DNA of 64,000 nucleotides, taken from the sequence record MT446423.1. The stretch is one strand, 5' to 3'. Under the pieces are notes generated by a model. The model saw nothing but the letters and a program-made list of their open reading frames with translations. It was not told the DNA's origin and ran no database searches. The position numbers and the translations under genes were made by a program. The DNA is from Escherichia virus TH58. Of the stretch, positions 63,065-64,000 are shown one piece after another (position 1 is the stretch's first letter; each line of letters begins with the position of its first letter).

Positions 63065-64000
63065 TTATTCTGATGCTTCTTTAAATTCTTGTCCAAATAC
63101 CTTACCAGTATCAGTTGAAGATTGAGTAGGTAATGTCATTATGTCTGGGGCACTTAAAGATTCTGAAACATAATTTACACGAATACCATTTATACCAAAC
63201 TCAGCAGGTTTTGAAACGCTTCCATTACCTGATACTTCAGTGAATATAATGTTTCTTAATCCGCCTTGTCCTATTGGAGCTGTACGATAACAATAAATCG
63301 TGAACCCGTCAGCACCAGCAGGAATTTCTATGTAGTCTTCATATATCTTCCATTCACCTGCGGCCCCATCAAAGTTTATATCCTTAAATGAAATAGGTGA
63401 AGTAGAAGGAGATTTAAAGAAACGAATAGAAAGACGTGTCGTTCCTTGTGCTAACAAATCAGCATCTGCCGTTAGTTGGAATTTCGTATAAAGGAAATTT
63501 CCGGGCTTCAATTTGTACCCAGCGAGAGGTGTAATAAGGGATGTTGTAGGCATCCTTTTAATTTCGTTATTAGTACCTCCAACAGCAGATAAAAATGTGT
63601 CTATCGATTCATACATACGTCTAGGGAAGCCAGTAGCACCAATATCATCAATCGTGTCATACACAACGTCAAGTGGTGTACTATAGTCAGTTGAAGTTTT
63701 CTTATTACTGTACTTAATATGTTCTAATGCTATAGCATTCTTACCGGAAATATAAAATGCTGAATAAGAAATGTCCACTATATTTAAAACTTGTTGTGCT
63801 AATGGAATAACAGAACTCCCGACTTTAGTAAACCATGCAAGAACTTCAGGAGGAAAGTTTGTTTTAGCATTAGTAACAAGGGCAAATATAAAATTAGAAG
63901 CATATGTGTCCATGTAAGTAACGAATGCACTCGACGTGGCGTCATTTACAGTAGAGAAATTATATGACTTAGATTCAACTACCGCACCTGTTGTAGGATT
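63065..64000 (-). CDS. 35: long tail fibre hinge protein gp35, 3' portion (gene continues beyond window end)
   Basis: Frame open on - strand from stop at 63065 to the window edge; the track ATG at 63913 is internal; position upstream of gene 36. Confidence 0.75.
   Translation of the reverse strand, partial: NPTTGAVVESKSYNFSTVNDATSSAFVTYMDTYASNFIFALVTNAKTNFPPEVLAWFTKVGSSVIPLAQQVLNIVDISYSAFYISGKNAIALEHIKYSNKKTSTDYSTPLDVVYDTIDDIGATGFPRRMYESIDTFLSAVGGTNNEIKRMPTTSLITPLAGYKLKPGNFLYTKFQLTADADLLAQGTTRLSIRFFKSPSTSPISFKDINFDGAAGEWKIYEDYIEIPAGADGFTIYCYRTAPIGQGGLRNIIFTEVSGNGSVSKPAEFGINGIRVNYVSESLSAPDIMTLPTQSSTDTGKVFGQEFKEASE

Noticed and set aside
1-64000. Search for CRISPR arrays, tRNA/rRNA genes, integrase or transposase genes
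   Set aside because: No direct-repeat/spacer periodicity, no tRNA-like cloverleaf segments and no integrase/transposase-like ORFs seen by eye; the only mobile elements are the intron and the two GIY-YIG endonuclease genes. A tRNA scan was not run, so short RNA genes cannot be fully excluded

Overview
This window reads as a contiguous ~64 kb segment of a T4-like (Tevenvirinae) phage genome, most closely resembling Escherichia phage RB69; the DNA polymerase at 17456-20167 matches the RB69 gp43 sequence as I remember it. All calls are from reading the sequence and the supplied ORF track; no database search was run. Early and middle genes run left to right on the + strand in T4 synteny: nrdC (3' end), gene 49, intron-containing nrdD, nrdG, 55, 47, 46, 45, 44, 62, regA, 43, 42, uvsX, 40, 41, dmd, sp, 61, 56, soc, two Mod-type ADP-ribosyltransferases, dda, dexA, 39 (fused 39/60), rIIA, rIIB, ndd, 52, motA, asiA. 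The right end carries late genes on the - strand: holin t, 38, 37, 36 and the 3' part of 35. The main departure from T4 is that alpha-gt, beta-gt and imm are missing from their usual sites. Between genes 43 and 42 sits a four-gene sugar-nucleotide cassette (SIS-type arabinose-5-phosphate isomerase, nucleotidyltransferase-kinase fusion, HAD phosphatase, Cys-rich enzyme of unknown fold). A putative glycosyltransferase occupies the beta-gt site and a second GT-B-like glycosyltransferase sits upstream of rIIA. Together these fit an NDP-arabinose pathway for arabinosylation of hmC DNA, a modification reported for RB69; the enzyme assignments remain inference. Also present are a group I intron in nrdD with an I-TevII-like homing endonuclease, a free-standing Seg-like GIY-YIG endonuclease, a lipoprotein/Imm-like/Sp envelope island, a three-gene tandem paralog array, and many T4-type promoters and UUCG-loop terminators. 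Coordinates of motifs and sub-60-aa ORFs were located by eye and may be off by 1-2 nt. No tRNA, rRNA, CRISPR array or transposase was seen.
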